Of a stretch of 64,000 bases of DNA, positions 27,701 to 37,668 are shown piece after piece. Below the pieces are notes generated by a model. It had not been told where the DNA came from. It worked only from the letters and a program-made list of their open reading frames with translations, and searched no databases. How positions within the stretch are numbered: position 1 is the stretch's first letter; each line of letters starts with the position of its first letter. The stretch covers positions 4,032,001 to 4,096,000 of the forward strand of contig OZ241917.1 in assembly GCA_965203805.1 (NCBI GenBank), read 5' to 3'. This DNA is from Candidatus Latescibacterota bacterium (GTDB lineage Bacteria; Latescibacterota; UBA2968; GCA-2709665). Position numbers and translations under genes: made by a program.

Positions 27701-27834
27701 CTTTCGATTATAAATCGCTCGATAACGTCCCGCTTGTGATTCATTATGCGATAGATTCCGAAGTCCAGGTCCGCGCAGTCGAACTGGAACAACTCGCGAA
27801 GGAGGTCCTGAAATTTGGCGAGTGGCGTACTCAT
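24733..27834 (-). CDS. mod: Type III RM DNA methyltransferase subunit Mod
   Basis: 1033 aa; HIDPPYNT (motif IV) precedes DYFAGSGTTG (motif I), i.e. beta-class order; DLDFGIYRI N-terminus. Confidence 0.92.
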   Translation of the reverse strand: MSTPLAKFQDLLRELFQFDCADLDFGIYRIMNHKRDVIERFIIESLPNTVYEELKKGAAAEEAQTEKKLQENRKQILASFGHAAIDADGNLAEMFHNTPLGKCYLELKAKSAGGLGQKGLEAAIFNHLYAFFSRYYQDGDFISKRRYSKRHRYAIPYNGEEVHLHWANSDQYYVKTGEHFQDYAFASRGISVHFKLKAADVERDNTKGDRRFFVPSLEAPAWDENAKRLEIPFEFRPLTEREEISYRGKNQQDAIINEAVSQIPVLLKHVPDAVAALLAERRQKNDGESISSFEHHLLQYTRRNTSDFFIHKNLNAFLIRELDFYLKNEVLNLDQMEVAGARRAESWFQMMQVIRSVGSQVINFLDQIENFQKILWEKRKFVIETNYCISLRHIADHFVADIAKCDAQWTEWKDSYIIDEDQPDLFTPGMEKTDNRIQYLTEHPTLVLDSKHFDLEFVDRLLGTFDDLDSITDGVLIHSDNWQALNLLSRKYNGRIKCAHIDPPYNTQTSGFLYKNNYQHSSWLTMMSNRIGTALELLSEEGLFLCHIDENEYERLHMLMDSLDIGNAGTLIWDKRNPMTAGGGVAIQHEYVIWRAKTDKPINLRNNSIQMMLNEAEDIIKASGGVTETARKAYANWVNRNPQLTGGEKAYRYLDQDGRIYQSVSLRAPEPRSDPKFHEPLVHPVTHKPCPVPPNGFSRTPETLKSMNARGEIIFGPDHSTQPRQKRYLTTESTRQISSVMQDAKRGKTDLDAMGLTNFPYCHSVNFYEELIGAASDTLFDVVIDYFAGSGTTGHAVINLNREDGGQRKFILVEMGEYFDTVLLPRIKKVTFAPEWKGGKPKLRITPQDVEPGPRIVKYSRLESYEDALNNIDFDEVSQQQALQFDDYLLKYMLRWETRHSDTLLNVEKLARPFSYRLNIRSDGQTGQMLADIPETFNYLIGLHVQTRHVHYDNDRRYLVYSGQTHEGRTVVVVWRETDGWEKSDFERDKDFVADQKLAEGADTVYANGDSFIQNAKALDPLFKRRMFAGVEA

Positions 27835-27847
27835 GGCTTAATTTTCC

Positions 27848-27949
27848 TCACGAACCATACAGCCTATCAATGCGGGCGAGTTTCAGGTCGCTTCTGGCGT
27901 AGCGTAGCCAGTCTTCAGCATTCCCCGGAACCAGAGATTCAGAGCCCAT
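27848..27949 (-). pseudogene. HEPN-domain toxin remnant (N-terminal helix only)
   Basis: MGSESLVPGNAEDWLRYARSDLKLAR..*; W...A..DL..A is a typical HEPN N-terminus; overlaps the MNT stop. Confidence 0.7.
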
Positions 27950-28250
27950 AGACTTCAATGCCTTCTTTGAGGGCGTTCTTGTAGATCAGGCCGTCATTGT
28001 CCTTGTGCTCTGCCCGGTCCCGTTCGGTTGCGACGACAATATCGAATGGTACCGCCAGTCCCTTTATTTCGCGGTAAAGTTTCTGCGCGGTTTGCCGCCG
28101 ATGAGTGCCGTCGGGCATGACGACCAGAAGATCGATGTCGCTCTGCAGCCCTGACTCTTTTCTGGCTGCAGAGCCGAAGAGCACGATTCGCAAAGGATTT
28201 ACACGCTTTACGACCTCGCCAACGAGCCTGTCTGCCTTCGAATCAGCCAT
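27939..28250 (-). CDS. Minimal nucleotidyltransferase (MNT)
   Basis: 103 aa; IVLFGSAAR...SDIDLLVV...FDIVV. Confidence 0.9.
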   Translation of the reverse strand: MADSKADRLVGEVVKRVNPLRIVLFGSAARKESGLQSDIDLLVVMPDGTHRRQTAQKLYREIKGLAVPFDIVVATERDRAEHKDNDGLIYKNALKEGIEVYGL

Positions 28251-28285
28251 TGTCCTTTACTTTCGCTGAGGTACAGGTTTCTCAA

Positions 28286-28314
28286 TGTATACACAATGAT
28301 ATGCAAATCGTCAA
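28286..28314 (-). promoter_or_regulatory. Sigma70-like promoter at the start of the defence island
   Basis: TTGACG-17 bp-TATACA preceded by TGTG, about 35 nt upstream of the MNT ATG. Confidence 0.55.
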
Positions 28315-28338
28315 GGGCAAGACCGGTCAAACGGGGGT

Positions 28339-29091
28339 TCAGCGACGCACCCGGAACCCCTGGGCCGTCAGGAATTCGTCCAGTTCGGCGCGGGCGTGGA
28401 ATTGCCCGGTGCGGTCCGCCATAACCGTGGTCCATCGCTGGTCGCCTTCGTGCATCCCCTGCGAGGTATAGAAGTCGACCATGGTCCTGTCGTATTCCTC
28501 CATGGCCAATTGATGCGTCTCGTCGCAGAGATACCGCTCGCGGTGCAGAACCGCGTCCAGAGGCAACCGCGGTTTGACTTCCGGATCCTGCGCCGGATAC
28601 CCGATGCAGAAGCCGGCCACGGCGACGACGTACGGAGGTAGATCCAGCAATTTGCCCACCGACTTCGGATTGTTCCGCATCGCACCGATCATGCAGATGC
28701 CCAGTCCCAGCGATTCCGCGGCAATTGCCACGTTCTGCATCATCAGCGCCGCGTCCACCGTCGCGATCATCAGGGCCTCCGCATAGTCCCCGTCAAACCG
28801 TTCCGCCCCATGCATCCGGTTGGCCATCCTGTCCCGGTGCAGGTCCGCGCAGAAGGCCAGAAACGCCGCGCTCTGGTGGATCTGCGCCTGATCGGCGCAC
28901 AGTTCGGCCAGTCTCTTCTTCCGCTTCGGGTCCGCCACGTGGATGACCGTGTAAGCCTGCAGGTTGCTTGACGTGCTCGCCTGCTGCCCGCACCGGATCA
29001 AGGTCTCGAGGACGCCGTCGGGCAGCGGCCGGTTCCGGAACCGGCGGACACTACGGTGCGAGAGCAGTAGGTCGATCGTTGGATTGGACAT
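28339..29091 (-). CDS. NADPH-dependent nitroreductase/flavin reductase, NfsA/Frp family
   Basis: HRSVRRF, ASTSSNLQAY, AAESLGLGICMIGAMRN and KPRLP motifs. Confidence 0.9.
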   Translation of the reverse strand: MSNPTIDLLLSHRSVRRFRNRPLPDGVLETLIRCGQQASTSSNLQAYTVIHVADPKRKKRLAELCADQAQIHQSAAFLAFCADLHRDRMANRMHGAERFDGDYAEALMIATVDAALMMQNVAIAAESLGLGICMIGAMRNNPKSVGKLLDLPPYVVAVAGFCIGYPAQDPEVKPRLPLDAVLHRERYLCDETHQLAMEEYDRTMVDFYTSQGMHEGDQRWTTVMADRTGQFHARAELDEFLTAQGFRVRR

Positions 29092-29104
29092 GTAGAACCT
29101 CGTT

Positions 29105-29520
29105 AGAGCGGTGAGACGGAAGAGGACAAGCAGCTTTCAGCGGTCAGCTCTCAGCATTCAGCTTGAATCAAAATCGAAAATCGACTCACACGAAGACACA
29201 AAGGGAAAGGCAGAGCACAGCTTGAATCAAACGACAAAAATCAACTTCCACATCTCCCCAAATTCCCTGCCATTGAAAGACAGCTATCAGCGGTCAGCTC
29301 TCAGCATTCACCTTGAATCAAGACCAACCCATTGACGTCAACGCCGTGAAGAGACAGGACCGCGAGGGGCGTTGCGAGGGCAGGATGCCCTCGCTCCCGG
29401 GGGGATCTATCCCGCCTGCCTGACGGCAGGCACCCTTTCCTGAAGGAAAGGGAAAAGCGGTTGCCTTGATAGGATCCCGCTTTCCCCCTTCCTTTATGAA
29501 GGGGGTCAGGGAGTAGGTCT
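29105..29520. repeat. Mosaic intergenic repeat tract B
   Basis: 41-bp direct repeat at 29131-29171 and 29281-29321; 26-mer at 29241-29266 is the exact reverse complement of 7412-7437; CTCACACGAAGACACAAAG; several hairpins. Confidence 0.85.
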
Positions 29521-29541
29521 TCCTGAAGTCTGAAGGCCAAT

Positions 29542-29572
29542 AAAAACGGGCGGGTTTCGAAACCCACCCATT
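29542..29572 (-). terminator. Intrinsic terminator of the atp operon
   Basis: Minus strand GGGTGGGTTTCGAAACCCGCCCG followed by TTTTT, about 30 nt after the atpC stop. Confidence 0.7.
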
Positions 29573-29602
29573 CTATGGAAACGCCTTGTCTTGTACGACG
29601 GC

Positions 29603-30007
29603 CTAATGTCCCCCGATCCGGAGGCGGTTGATCGCCCGCGCCAGGGACAAACTCGCCCGCGCCTCGTCGATCTGCTGACCGCGCCTTTTCTCCAGCCTTT
29701 CGCGCGCGCGGTCCCTGGCGGCTTCCGCACGGGTCACGTCGATTTCCTGCGAGAATTCCGCCGTCTCCGCCAGAACGGTAACGCGGTCGCGCTGGACTTC
29801 CGCGAATCCGCCGCTGATCGCAACCGACGTTGACCTCCGCTCCCGATCGGAAAAGGTCATCCGGCCGATGTCCAGAGAGGCCAGCATCGGATGGTGTCCG
29901 GCAAGCACACCGAATCCGCCCTCGGTTCCCGGCGCCCGCAGGCTCTCCACTTCGCCCGAATAAACCGTCTTTTCCGGTGTGACAATCTCGAGTTGAAACC
30001 CGGACAT
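29603..30007 (-). CDS. atpC: ATP synthase F1 epsilon subunit
   Basis: LEIVTPEK, GGFGVLAGHHP and SGGFAEV motifs; operon position. Confidence 0.95.
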   Translation of the reverse strand: MSGFQLEIVTPEKTVYSGEVESLRAPGTEGGFGVLAGHHPMLASLDIGRMTFSDRERRSTSVAISGGFAEVQRDRVTVLAETAEFSQEIDVTRAEAARDRARERLEKRRGQQIDEARASLSLARAINRLRIGGH

Positions 30008-30032
30008 CGAATTCCCGTATGTAATTCAGACT

Positions 30033-31762
<1,730 letters not shown>

Positions 31763-31825
31763 AACGAAGCGATGAGACGAAAGCCAAAGCTAAAGCCGGT
31801 AGCCGCGACATGCGCGAAAGCCGTC

Positions 31826-32677
31826 CTACGCGACTGCTTCGGCGCCGCCGATGATGTCCATCAACTCCAGGGTAATCGAAGACTGGCGCACCTTGTTCAT
31901 TTCCCGCGTCAATTCTTCAATCAGGTCTCCCGCATTCTTCGTCGCGTTATCCATCGCCGCCATTCGGGCCGCCTGCTCTCCCGCATTGGACTCCAGCAGG
32001 GCCCGCCAGACCTGGAAGTTCACGTGCCGGGGCACCAGCGTATCCAGCAACCGCTCGGGTTCAGGCTCGAAAATGTACTCGCCGGACACGCCCTCTTCAT
32101 CCGTATCCTGGGGCGCAATCGGCAGAAGGCGGTTGATCACGGGTTCCTGCCGTCCCAGCGACAGGAACTCATTGTTGGCAATCCACACCTGGTCCACGTC
32201 GCCGGACACGAATCGATCCGTCAGATCGCGGGCGATGTCCACGGCCTGACCCAGATTCAGGTCGCCAAATACATCGAGGTATTCCCGGCTGATCGTAAAT
32301 CCGCGTTGACGAAAGAAGTCACGCCCTTTCCTGCCGATCGCGACCAGTTCGACGTCTCCATGTTCATCCAGTTCCGACAGCGCCTTCCGGCAGATTCCGG
32401 CGTTGAAACCGCCGCACAGTCCACGGTCCGCCGTAACCACCGCAACCGCGGTCCGGCCGGACTCGCCCTGCCTGAAAAGAGGATGCCGATCCGCGTCGAT
32501 GCTCGCGGTAAGCCGTTGAAGGGTACGATCCAGTTGTTCGGCATAGGGCCGGGCAGCAAGAATGGCGTCCTGGGCTTTGCGCACTCTGGCCGCGGCAACC
32601 AGCTGCATGGCGTGCGTCACCTTCTGGATATTTGTGACCCCGGTTACCCGGTTTCTGAGTTGACGCAATGTCGCCAC
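31826..32677 (-). CDS. atpG: ATP synthase F1 gamma subunit
   Basis: TADRGLCGGFN, EQAARMAAMDNATKNA and RQSSITLEL motifs. Confidence 0.97.
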   Translation of the reverse strand: MATLRQLRNRVTGVTNIQKVTHAMQLVAAARVRKAQDAILAARPYAEQLDRTLQRLTASIDADRHPLFRQGESGRTAVAVVTADRGLCGGFNAGICRKALSELDEHGDVELVAIGRKGRDFFRQRGFTISREYLDVFGDLNLGQAVDIARDLTDRFVSGDVDQVWIANNEFLSLGRQEPVINRLLPIAPQDTDEEGVSGEYIFEPEPERLLDTLVPRHVNFQVWRALLESNAGEQAARMAAMDNATKNAGDLIEELTREMNKVRQSSITLELMDIIGGAEAVA

Positions 32678-32696
32678 CGGCTACTCCCCCGCGCTC

Positions 32697-34217
32697 CTAC
32701 GCCGACACCTGAAAGCCGCGCTTCACGCTCTCGATCGCGGCTTCGATGACGGTCTTCGCCTCGTCGCTCAGTTCTTCGCTGCTCGTGATCTCGTCCACCA
32801 CATCCTGGTGGTGGTCTCGCATATAGGCCAGTGCCTCGGCCTCAAACCGCCGTACGTCGTCCGTGGGCAGTTCGTCGATGCTCGCGCCCACGGTAAGGGA
32901 CACAACCTGCTCGCCAAGCGACATTGGGGCGTACTGGTCCTGTTTGAGAATCTCAATCAGTTTCTCGCCGCGATTCAGCAGGTTTCGTGTGGCCGTGTCC
33001 AGGTCCGATGCGCCGAACTGTGCGAACGCCTGGACCTCGTTGTATCGCGCGATATCGCCGCTCAATGTGCCGGAAACCGCCCGCATCGCCCGTGTTTTTG
33101 CCGAACTGACCCTGGAAACGGAAGCGCCGACGTCCATCGCAGGGCGGATACCGGAATAGAACAATTCCGGCTTCAGCAGAATCTGCCCGTCGGTGATCGA
33201 GATCACGTTGGTCGGCACGAACGTGGATACGTCCCCTTCCAGGATCTCGATGATGGGCAGCGCCGTGAGAGAGCCCCCGCCCTCCTCGTCGCTCAATTTG
33301 CAGGCGCGTTCCAGTAGGCGCGAGTGCAGGTAGAACACGTCGCCGGGATAGGCTTCCCGCCCCGGCGGCCGGCGCAGGACCAGCGCCATTTCCCGGTATG
33401 CCCAGGCCTGCTTGGAGAGGTCGTCGTACACGATCAGCGCGTGTTCGCCCTTGTCGCGGAAGTACTCGCCCATCGAACATCCGGCGTAGGGCGCCAGGAA
33501 CTGGAGCGGCGCCGGATCGCTGGCCGTGGCCGATACGACGATTGTATATCCCAGGGCGCCGTTTGCCTCGAGTTCGGCAACCACTTTCGCCACGGACGAC
33601 GCTTTCTGCCCGATACCCACGTAGATGCACTTGACGCCGGTGTTCTTCTGGTTGATGATGGCGTCCAGCCCGATTGCCGTCTTTCCGGTCTGCCTGTCGC
33701 CGATGATCAACTCGCGCTGTCCGCGCCCGATAGGGGTTGCGGCGTCCACGACCTTTATTCCCGTCTGCAGCGCTTCCTCCACCGGCTGACGCTGGATCAC
33801 CCCGGGCGCAATCCGCTCCACGGGCAACGTCTGCGACGTGCGAACCGGCCCCTTTCCATCCAGCGGTTCGCCCAGAGGCGTCACCACCCGTCCCAGCAGT
33901 TCGTCTCCCACGGGCACTTCGACGACGCGGCCCGTCCGCCGGACCTGGTCGCCTTCCTTGATTGCCGTGTCGTCCCCAAAAAGGACGCAGCCGACGTTGT
34001 CCTCTTCCAGGTTGAACGCCATGCCCATGATGTTATCGGGAAACGCGACCAGTTCACTGGCCTGTGCGTTGCCCAGCCCGTGAACGCGCGCCACGCCGTC
34101 GCCCACCTGAAGCACGGTCCCGGTTTCATAAACGTCGATATCCCGTTCGGACTCCAGAATCTGCTGCTTGAGAATGTCGGAGACTTCATCGGGGCGAATC
34201 TGCAAGTTCATCGCCAT
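32697..34217 (-). CDS. atpA: ATP synthase F1 alpha subunit
   Basis: GDRQTGKT and [24 protein letters not shown] motifs. Confidence 0.97.
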   Translation of the reverse strand: MAMNLQIRPDEVSDILKQQILESERDIDVYETGTVLQVGDGVARVHGLGNAQASELVAFPDNIMGMAFNLEEDNVGCVLFGDDTAIKEGDQVRRTGRVVEVPVGDELLGRVVTPLGEPLDGKGPVRTSQTLPVERIAPGVIQRQPVEEALQTGIKVVDAATPIGRGQRELIIGDRQTGKTAIGLDAIINQKNTGVKCIYVGIGQKASSVAKVVAELEANGALGYTIVVSATASDPAPLQFLAPYAGCSMGEYFRDKGEHALIVYDDLSKQAWAYREMALVLRRPPGREAYPGDVFYLHSRLLERACKLSDEEGGGSLTALPIIEILEGDVSTFVPTNVISITDGQILLKPELFYSGIRPAMDVGASVSRVSSAKTRAMRAVSGTLSGDIARYNEVQAFAQFGASDLDTATRNLLNRGEKLIEILKQDQYAPMSLGEQVVSLTVGASIDELPTDDVRRFEAEALAYMRDHHQDVVDEITSSEELSDEAKTVIEAAIESVKRGFQVSA

Positions 34218-34234
34218 AAGTATCTACACCTCGG

Positions 34235-34780
34235 TTATGATAAACCGGAAACCAGCCTCTGGCGCATCCGGTTCAACTGCGCTTCGAGGGTTGCGTCGAA
34301 CACGTGGTCGCCCATCCTGGTCACAAAGCCCGCCTTGAGTCCCGCGTCGACTTCGACGTCCAGCCGGACCTGCTTCCCGGACCAGGCCGACAGCCTCTGT
34401 GCAAGGCGCGCGCGCTGGTCCTGCGAAAGTTCCCGCGCCGTACGGACGTATGCGGTGTTCAGGCCTCTGCGATCGTCCAGTTGCGTCAGAAAAGACCGGA
34501 TGATGTTTTCAAGCCCCCGCTCGCGCCTCTTGTCGCACAACAGCAGCAGGAAATTGAGCGTGAGATCGCCGATCCGTCCCGAAAAAAGCCTCCGGACGGC
34601 CGTCCGCTTCTGTTCCGGATAAATCAGGGGGTCGCTCAGAAAGGCCCGCAGGTCTTGCGATTCACGAATCAGATCCAGAAGACCCTCCAGGTCCTCACGG
34701 ATCCGGTCCAGCGCATCCCGCTCTTCTGCCGCCTGGATGAGCGCCCTGGCATAACGCGTTGCGACGGGGGTTTCGTTCAA
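34235..34780 (-). CDS. atpH: ATP synthase F1 delta subunit
   Basis: VATRYARAL N-terminus; operon position. Confidence 0.93.
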   Translation of the reverse strand: MNETPVATRYARALIQAAEERDALDRIREDLEGLLDLIRESQDLRAFLSDPLIYPEQKRTAVRRLFSGRIGDLTLNFLLLLCDKRRERGLENIIRSFLTQLDDRRGLNTAYVRTARELSQDQRARLAQRLSAWSGKQVRLDVEVDAGLKAGFVTRMGDHVFDATLEAQLNRMRQRLVSGLS

Positions 34781-34795
34781 GCTCGGCTCCGGAAA

Positions 34796-35293
34796 TCAGT
34801 TTTGTCCTGGTTCCGGAATGCTGTCGATAAACTCGTCGACCAGCTTCCGGTTTCTGTCATTGTCCAGATTCTCGTCCAGCACTTTACCGGCGGCTTCGAT
34901 GGCCAGACCCGCGGCGTGCGTGCGCAACTCCTGGATCGCCTGCTCCTTCTCCTGCCGGATCGTTCGCCGGGCCTGCTCCAGCATCTGCCGGGCTTCGTCC
35001 GCGGCGCGTTCGCGCACTTCCTGTGCCGCGCGCTCGGCCGCCTCCCGACCTTCAGAAATCGCCTGCCGGGCTTCGGCCTGGGCCTGCTCCATTGCCCGAC
35101 GGTTTTCTTCAGCCGCACTCTGCGCTTCTTCCCTGGCTTTCTCGGCCTGGTTCAGGGAATCCCGAATGCGCTTTTCACGCTCGTCCAGCATAGCCAGCAG
35201 GGGTTTCCAGGCAACACGCTTGAGAACAAGCAGCAGCAGGACGAAGGTAATAATGGTCCAGAACATCAGACCCGTATCGACATTCAGCAACAT
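34796..35293 (-). CDS. atpF: ATP synthase Fo b subunit
   Basis: N-terminal TM segment, AWKPLLAMLDERE, and a coiled coil. Confidence 0.95.
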   Translation of the reverse strand: MLLNVDTGLMFWTIITFVLLLLVLKRVAWKPLLAMLDEREKRIRDSLNQAEKAREEAQSAAEENRRAMEQAQAEARQAISEGREAAERAAQEVRERAADEARQMLEQARRTIRQEKEQAIQELRTHAAGLAIEAAGKVLDENLDNDRNRKLVDEFIDSIPEPGQN

Positions 35294-35334
35294 ACCCGTT
35301 CCTCTGGTTTAGACGTTCTCAACCGGTTGCTTTC

Positions 35335-35586
35335 TCAGCCGCCTTTCGTTGCCAGAAGAAAGCAGACCACCTGCCCGAAAAGGGCCACACCCTCTATGAA
35401 TGCCGCCGTAATGATCATCGAGGTCCGGATATCGCCGGCCGCTTCGGGCTGCCGCGCGGTGCCCTCTACGGCCATACCGGCCAAACGTCCGATTCCAATA
35501 CCGGCGCCGATCGTTACCAGCCCCGCGCCAATGCCTGCGGACAGATAACCGTATGCTTCGGCCGCCACGGATGCCACGTCTGCCAC
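35335..35586 (-). CDS. atpE: ATP synthase Fo c subunit
   Basis: GAGIGIG, ARQPE and FIEGVALF motifs. Confidence 0.96.
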   Translation of the reverse strand: MADVASVAAEAYGYLSAGIGAGLVTIGAGIGIGRLAGMAVEGTARQPEAAGDIRTSMIITAAFIEGVALFGQVVCFLLATKGG

Positions 35587-35650
35587 AACACACCTCCTCC
35601 GCTAGGAAGTTAAGGGTTTACAGTGAAACGAAAACAACGTGATTCTACGC

Positions 35651-36454
35651 TCAGTGGTCCTGATGCACCGCCATCCCGATAAAGACGGCGGACAACATGG
35701 TGAATATGTACGCCTGCACCAGTGCCACGAAGATTTCGAGCAGATAGATCGCCAGCGCAAATGCCACGGACACGGGGGCGACGGCGTACGACTTGAACAT
35801 GAAAATGAGTCCCAGCAATGCCAGGATGATCACGTGTCCGGCGGTCATATTGGCAAAAAGACGAATACAGAGGGCAAAGGGCTTGGCAATCAGGCCGATG
35901 AGCTCGATGGGGATCATCAGGAGCGTGATCGGCAGCGGCAGTCCGTGCGGCACCAGCCCCTTGAAGTAGCCCAGAAAACCATTGTGCAGAATGCCACCCA
36001 ATTGAATCACCAGAAAGGCGCAGACGGCCAGACCGGCGGTTACGCTCACGTTGCCGGTCGCCGTAGCGCCGTACGGTACCAGGCCCAGCAGATTGCAGGT
36101 CAGGATGAAGAAAAATACGGTAAACAGAAAGGGCAGGAACCGTCCGGCCTCTCTTGCGCCGATATTGGGAACGGCGATTTCATCCCGGATGAAGACGACA
36201 ACCGACTCCAGCAGATTGGCGAGTCCCGAGGGTACCAGGCCCCGGCGCCGGGTTGTCGAGGTGAAGACCCACAGCAGAAACGCGGCCGCAACCCACATCA
36301 TGACCACGTGCCGGGTGATGGCGATATCGACGCCGAACAACTCAAAACGAGGGATTTCGAAATGATATCCGAAGGGCAGATGGAGCTCAGAGGAATCCAG
36401 CAGGTGCTCCATGATGTAGTCTTTTTTGCCTTCCGCGGCGCCTTCTGAAGCCAT
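35651..36454 (-). CDS. atpB: ATP synthase Fo a subunit
   Basis: IRLFANMTAGH and LEIFVALVQAYIF motifs. Confidence 0.96.
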   Translation of the reverse strand: MASEGAAEGKKDYIMEHLLDSSELHLPFGYHFEIPRFELFGVDIAITRHVVMMWVAAAFLLWVFTSTTRRRGLVPSGLANLLESVVVFIRDEIAVPNIGAREAGRFLPFLFTVFFFILTCNLLGLVPYGATATGNVSVTAGLAVCAFLVIQLGGILHNGFLGYFKGLVPHGLPLPITLLMIPIELIGLIAKPFALCIRLFANMTAGHVIILALLGLIFMFKSYAVAPVSVAFALAIYLLEIFVALVQAYIFTMLSAVFIGMAVHQDH

Positions 36455-36458
36455 TGAG

Positions 36459-36863
36459 TCAAACCCCTTCTTTTGAAACCCGCCGAACCGCGGCGCGCCT
36501 CACAAAGAACCGGATTTCCAGTATCTGAAAGAGCAGGTACGATAGAAAAAGAGAGAATACCAACCCGTAAATCGACAACGCCGTGATTTCGATCAGGAGA
36601 ACCAGTACGCCGCAGATGACCAGCATCCGCAGGACCATTCCACCCAGCAGCGTCTTCAGGAAGACCGACTGCGGCCGGTCGAACGACCAGATGGCCGAGA
36701 GCCCCCCGGCCAGTGCGTTCAGTGCGCCAATGCCAAATCCGACGGCGGCCGCAAGGACCATTTCAATGCCCCAATAGAGGTACAGCGGGATACCGCTTAA
36801 AACCGCCGCCGCGATCACGACGGCCCCGACCTGCCTGCCAAATCGGAGGAATTCCGTTCCCAA
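36459..36863 (-). CDS. atpI: ATP synthase protein I-like membrane protein
   Basis: Four hydrophobic segments directly upstream of atpB; probable TTG start at 36863 (the ORF-track extension to 37088 lies inside the MITE). Confidence 0.7.
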   Translation of the reverse strand: MGTEFLRFGRQVGAVVIAAAVLSGIPLYLYWGIEMVLAAAVGFGIGALNALAGGLSAIWSFDRPQSVFLKTLLGGMVLRMLVICGVLVLLIEITALSIYGLVFSLFLSYLLFQILEIRFFVRRAAVRRVSKEGV

Positions 36864-36870
36864 AGTCTGA

Positions 36871-37129
36871 CAGCCCGTTGAAAAAGTCCATCCGGTCTGC
36901 GTCCGGCCCTTGTGACCGAAATACGGCGTTGCCTGCCTGCGCCTGCCTGTCCCGTTGGAACGGCAGACAGGCCAAGCAACGCGCCTGCCTGCCGCGGGAA
37001 GCGCAGCGGCGCAGGCAGGCGGCAGGCAGGCGCTCCCTCCCCGAATCCAGGGATTCGCGTCGGTCGTGCGCCTTGTCTTCGGCCACAATGACTCGCCCTC
37101 GCCTGCAGAGCGACTTTTTCAACGGACTG
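36871..37129. mobile_element. 259-bp MITE with 18-bp terminal inverted repeats
   Basis: CAGCCCGTTGAAAAAGTC (36871-88) / GACTTTTTCAACGGACTG (37112-29), one mismatch; flanks CTGA/CTAA; internal nested GCCTGCCTG..CAGGCAGGC palindromes. Confidence 0.8.
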
Positions 37130-37147
37130 CTAACCTCCGGACGGTCG

Positions 37148-37399
37148 CTATTGGTTGCCCTTCTTATCGCGTTCCTGGAGTCGAATTGCCGTTCTGTAAA
37201 GGTTCAGAAAACCGACGGTGATGCCCAGAAACGTACCGACCAGCATCAGATACGGGGTCGTTCCCAGTTTGCCGTCCAGCCACCGTCCGCCAAAGAGGCA
37301 GAGAAGAATGGCCGCCGCAAACTCGATGCCCAGGTTCAGATAGGGACCCGCCTTCCGATAGGCTGCCGCGAGACCCGGTTGTTTTCCTTCCTCCGCCAT
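37148..37399 (-). CDS. atpZ: AtpZ/AtpI-family (gene 1) small membrane protein
   Basis: LGIEFAAAILL..GGRWLDGKLGT.P pattern; first gene of the atp operon. Confidence 0.85.
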   Translation of the reverse strand: MAEEGKQPGLAAAYRKAGPYLNLGIEFAAAILLCLFGGRWLDGKLGTTPYLMLVGTFLGITVGFLNLYRTAIRLQERDKKGNQ

Positions 37400-37668
37400 C
37401 GTTCAACGGACCGTTAAGGAGGGAAGGGCGTTTGTGATGGAATATCCCCGTGTATTGTATGGCTCGGAGACCCTTCACCTTAATTCGACAAAAACAGCAA
37501 CGGGTCGCTGCGACGAAACCTTCCTGAACGGGCCGAACAGGTCGTCAGGAAGGGCATTTTTTCCGTGCACGTCCAGTGACCTGAAGGTTCATAAAAATAA
37601 GAAGTTAAATCGCCTTTATTCACTTGCACATATTCGAATTTACGTCCCAGGATTACGGCGAATCAAGG

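Noticed and set aside
36864-37088. N-terminal 75 aa of the ORF-track atpI, and ORFs 36763-37122 and 36713-37417
   Set aside because: They derive from the MITE and its palindromes; not treated as ancestral coding sequence
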